64,000 nucleotides of DNA from contig CAWKDB010000002.1 of NCBI GenBank assembly GCA_963848295.1, forward strand, positions 64,001 through 128,000. Direction: 5' to 3'. Position numbers and translations under genes: made by a program. The stretch's first letter is position 1. Each line of letters opens with the position of its first letter. The stretch comes from an uncultured delta proteobacterium. GTDB taxonomy: Bacteria > Myxococcota_A > Polyangia > Haliangiales > Haliangiaceae. Below the pieces are notes generated by a model. The model worked only from the letters and a program-made list of their open reading frames with translations. It did not search any database and had not been told where the DNA came from. Positions 58,969 through 64,000 of this stretch are shown in pieces.

Positions 58969-59904
58969 TCAGCGCCGGCGCTTCAGCGCGTCCGCCCGCG
59001 CAGATTTCGCGACCGCGAGCTCGCCGTCGAGCTGTAACGCGCGGTCGTACTCGAGGATCGCCTCCTCGAATCGCGACCCCGACTGCGCCTCGCGACCGCG
59101 CGCGTAACACAGCAGCGCTCGATACGCCTTGTTCTGCGGGACCTTCGCGGCGAGCGCATGTAACGCTTGGCGCGCCCCGCTCCAGTCGCTCGCGGCGAGC
59201 AACGCGGTCGCCTGCGAAGCCGCCGTGCGCTCGTCGAAAGCGGCGGCCGGCTGCACACCGCGTTGCGTATCGGGGTCGCGCTGGCCCGGTGCCGGGGGAG
59301 ACCCGAAGCGGACGATGGGGATGGTCGGGATGTTCTGCGTGATCGGCGCGTTCGGCGTGAGCGTGCGCGGCAGCGCGGGCCTGATCGGAACGCCGACCGC
59401 GGGCGTTGGCGTCTTGCTCGGGCTGACCGGCCGGGTCCCGCTCGGCGGAGTCGGCGACCGGGCCGAGCTCGCCGACGCGGGGCGAGTGCCGCTCGGCATC
59501 TGGCGCGGCGCCGGGCGCGCGGTGGTCGGCGCGGGCGAGCCGGGTCGCGGGGTCGCGAGCGTAGGGATCGGTCGGGTCGTCGGCTGCGACGCCTCCGCGA
59601 GCACCACCGGCATGCCGGCCGACGGCGGTCGCGGGCTCTGACCCGATGCGCGCAGCAACGTCTCGTGCGCCGACTTGATGCCGAGGAAGACCTCGTTCGA
59701 CAGCCGCTGCAGCTCGGGTGACATCCGGCCGAATCGCGCGGGGTGATAACGCTTGGTGAGCGCCAGGAATGCCGATCGCACTTGCTCGGGAGCCGACACG
59801 CCGGGCTCGAGCCCGAGCGCGCTATGAGGCCCCTGCTGGATCCGGGTCGCCATCTCCCCCAGCACGTTCCGGGCGCTTACTTCGTCGTCGGAACCAGACA
59901 CCAT
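58969..59904 (-). CDS. J-domain-like (HPA instead of HPD), Pro-rich linker and TPR protein
   Basis: HSALGL...VRSAFLALTKRYHPARF...FLGIKSAHETL; C-terminal TPR AILEYDRALQLD. Confidence 0.8.
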   Translation of the reverse strand: MVSGSDDEVSARNVLGEMATRIQQGPHSALGLEPGVSAPEQVRSAFLALTKRYHPARFGRMSPELQRLSNEVFLGIKSAHETLLRASGQSPRPPSAGMPVVLAEASQPTTRPIPTLATPRPGSPAPTTARPAPRQMPSGTRPASASSARSPTPPSGTRPVSPSKTPTPAVGVPIRPALPRTLTPNAPITQNIPTIPIVRFGSPPAPGQRDPDTQRGVQPAAAFDERTAASQATALLAASDWSGARQALHALAAKVPQNKAYRALLCYARGREAQSGSRFEEAILEYDRALQLDGELAVAKSARADALKRRR

Positions 59905-60007
59905 CTTGATCGTAGCCCGAACATCGTGGCGTTTCTACGCCGCTGAGGCCGCGTGGTGGGGCACAACGCCCCGATGCCGAGTCAGGCGACCGTGAGATCC
60001 GTAACGA

Positions 60008-60364
60008 TCACGAGAGGATTCGCCGCACGTCATCGACCAGCGACCCCAACCCGGCGGACTTCGAGATGTAGCCATCGATGCCGGCGTCTCTCACGCGGTC
60101 GGCGAGATCAGCGGCATCGAGCGTCGAGTACAAGTAGATCGGCGTCGCGAGCTCGCGGTAGTGACGCAGCGCCATCGCGACGTCGTCGCCGAACAGCTGC
60201 GGCATCTGGACGTCCATCAAGATCAGATCGAAGCCGGCGACTCCTCGCTGTTCGAGATCGTCGAACGACTTGCGCGTTTCGACCTCGTAGCCTGCGTCGA
60301 CCAGCGCATGCCGCGTCGCGGCGCGCACGATCGGGCTGTCGTCGACGACCAGCACTCGCTTCAT
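60008..60364 (-). CDS. Single-domain response regulator receiver
   Basis: VLVVDD, LILMDVQMP, GYISK. Confidence 0.92.
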   Translation of the reverse strand: MKRVLVVDDSPIVRAATRHALVDAGYEVETRKSFDDLEQRGVAGFDLILMDVQMPQLFGDDVAMALRHYRELATPIYLYSTLDAADLADRVRDAGIDGYISKSAGLGSLVDDVRRILS

Positions 60365-60401
60365 GATGACGAGCGCGGAGCATACGCGATAGGCTGATCG
60401 G

Positions 60402-60599
60402 GTGCGCCTCGTCGGAGACCCGGATGGCATCGCAGCACTCAAAGCGATGGCCGCTGATCAACGCGACTACATGAAGTTCTTGATCGCGGAGGCGGGCTCG
60501 AACAGCGATCGCACCGCGCCGTTCAAAGACAAGGTCGGCGAGCGCTGGCAGCTCGTCGTCCAGCCGTCCGGCGACTTAGAGGTGCGCAAGGCCCCGTAG
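60402..60599 (+). CDS. Small hypothetical protein
   Basis: 65-aa ORF with host-like codon use. Confidence 0.6.
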   Translation: MRLVGDPDGIAALKAMAADQRDYMKFLIAEAGSNSDRTAPFKDKVGERWQLVVQPSGDLEVRKAP

Positions 60600-60639
60600 C
60601 CGAGGTAGACCGTTCGCCGGGCGAACGCGTTTCATCGGG

Positions 60640-64000
<3,361 letters not shown>

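Overview
Very GC-rich bacterial DNA. The gene content (giant Ser/Thr kinase fusions, TPR/PEGA and FG-GAP lipoproteins, a lidless Hsp70, an alpha-2-macroglobulin) suggests Myxococcota; this is inference. The window has two parts. (1) About 1-11726 is an integrated, indel-riddled, phage-satellite-like element. It carries a tyrosine integrase (running off the left edge), RHH, XRE and Xis-like regulators, a candidate origin, a CHC2/TOPRIM primase, a DnaB-like helicase, a putative small and a clear large terminase with no visible capsid, portal or tail gene, a lower-GC three-gene cargo cassette ending in a ComEC-type MBL hydrolase, and an excisionase-like HTH. It ends at a duplicated tRNA 3' end preceded by arm-type repeats. 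(2) About 11.8-64 kb is host chromosome: rlmD, mnmA, rnc, ddl, lipB, era, der, yfgM/bamB-like genes, lhr, an ECF sigma/anti-sigma operon, two very large kinase fusions, a Hsp70/J-like pair and the start of an A2M gene. The most striking observation from the raw sequence is a ~57-bp two-hairpin palindromic element with compensatory base changes, found in frame inside coding genes four times (three in lhr, one in era). All family assignments are from motif recognition by eye; no searches were run.
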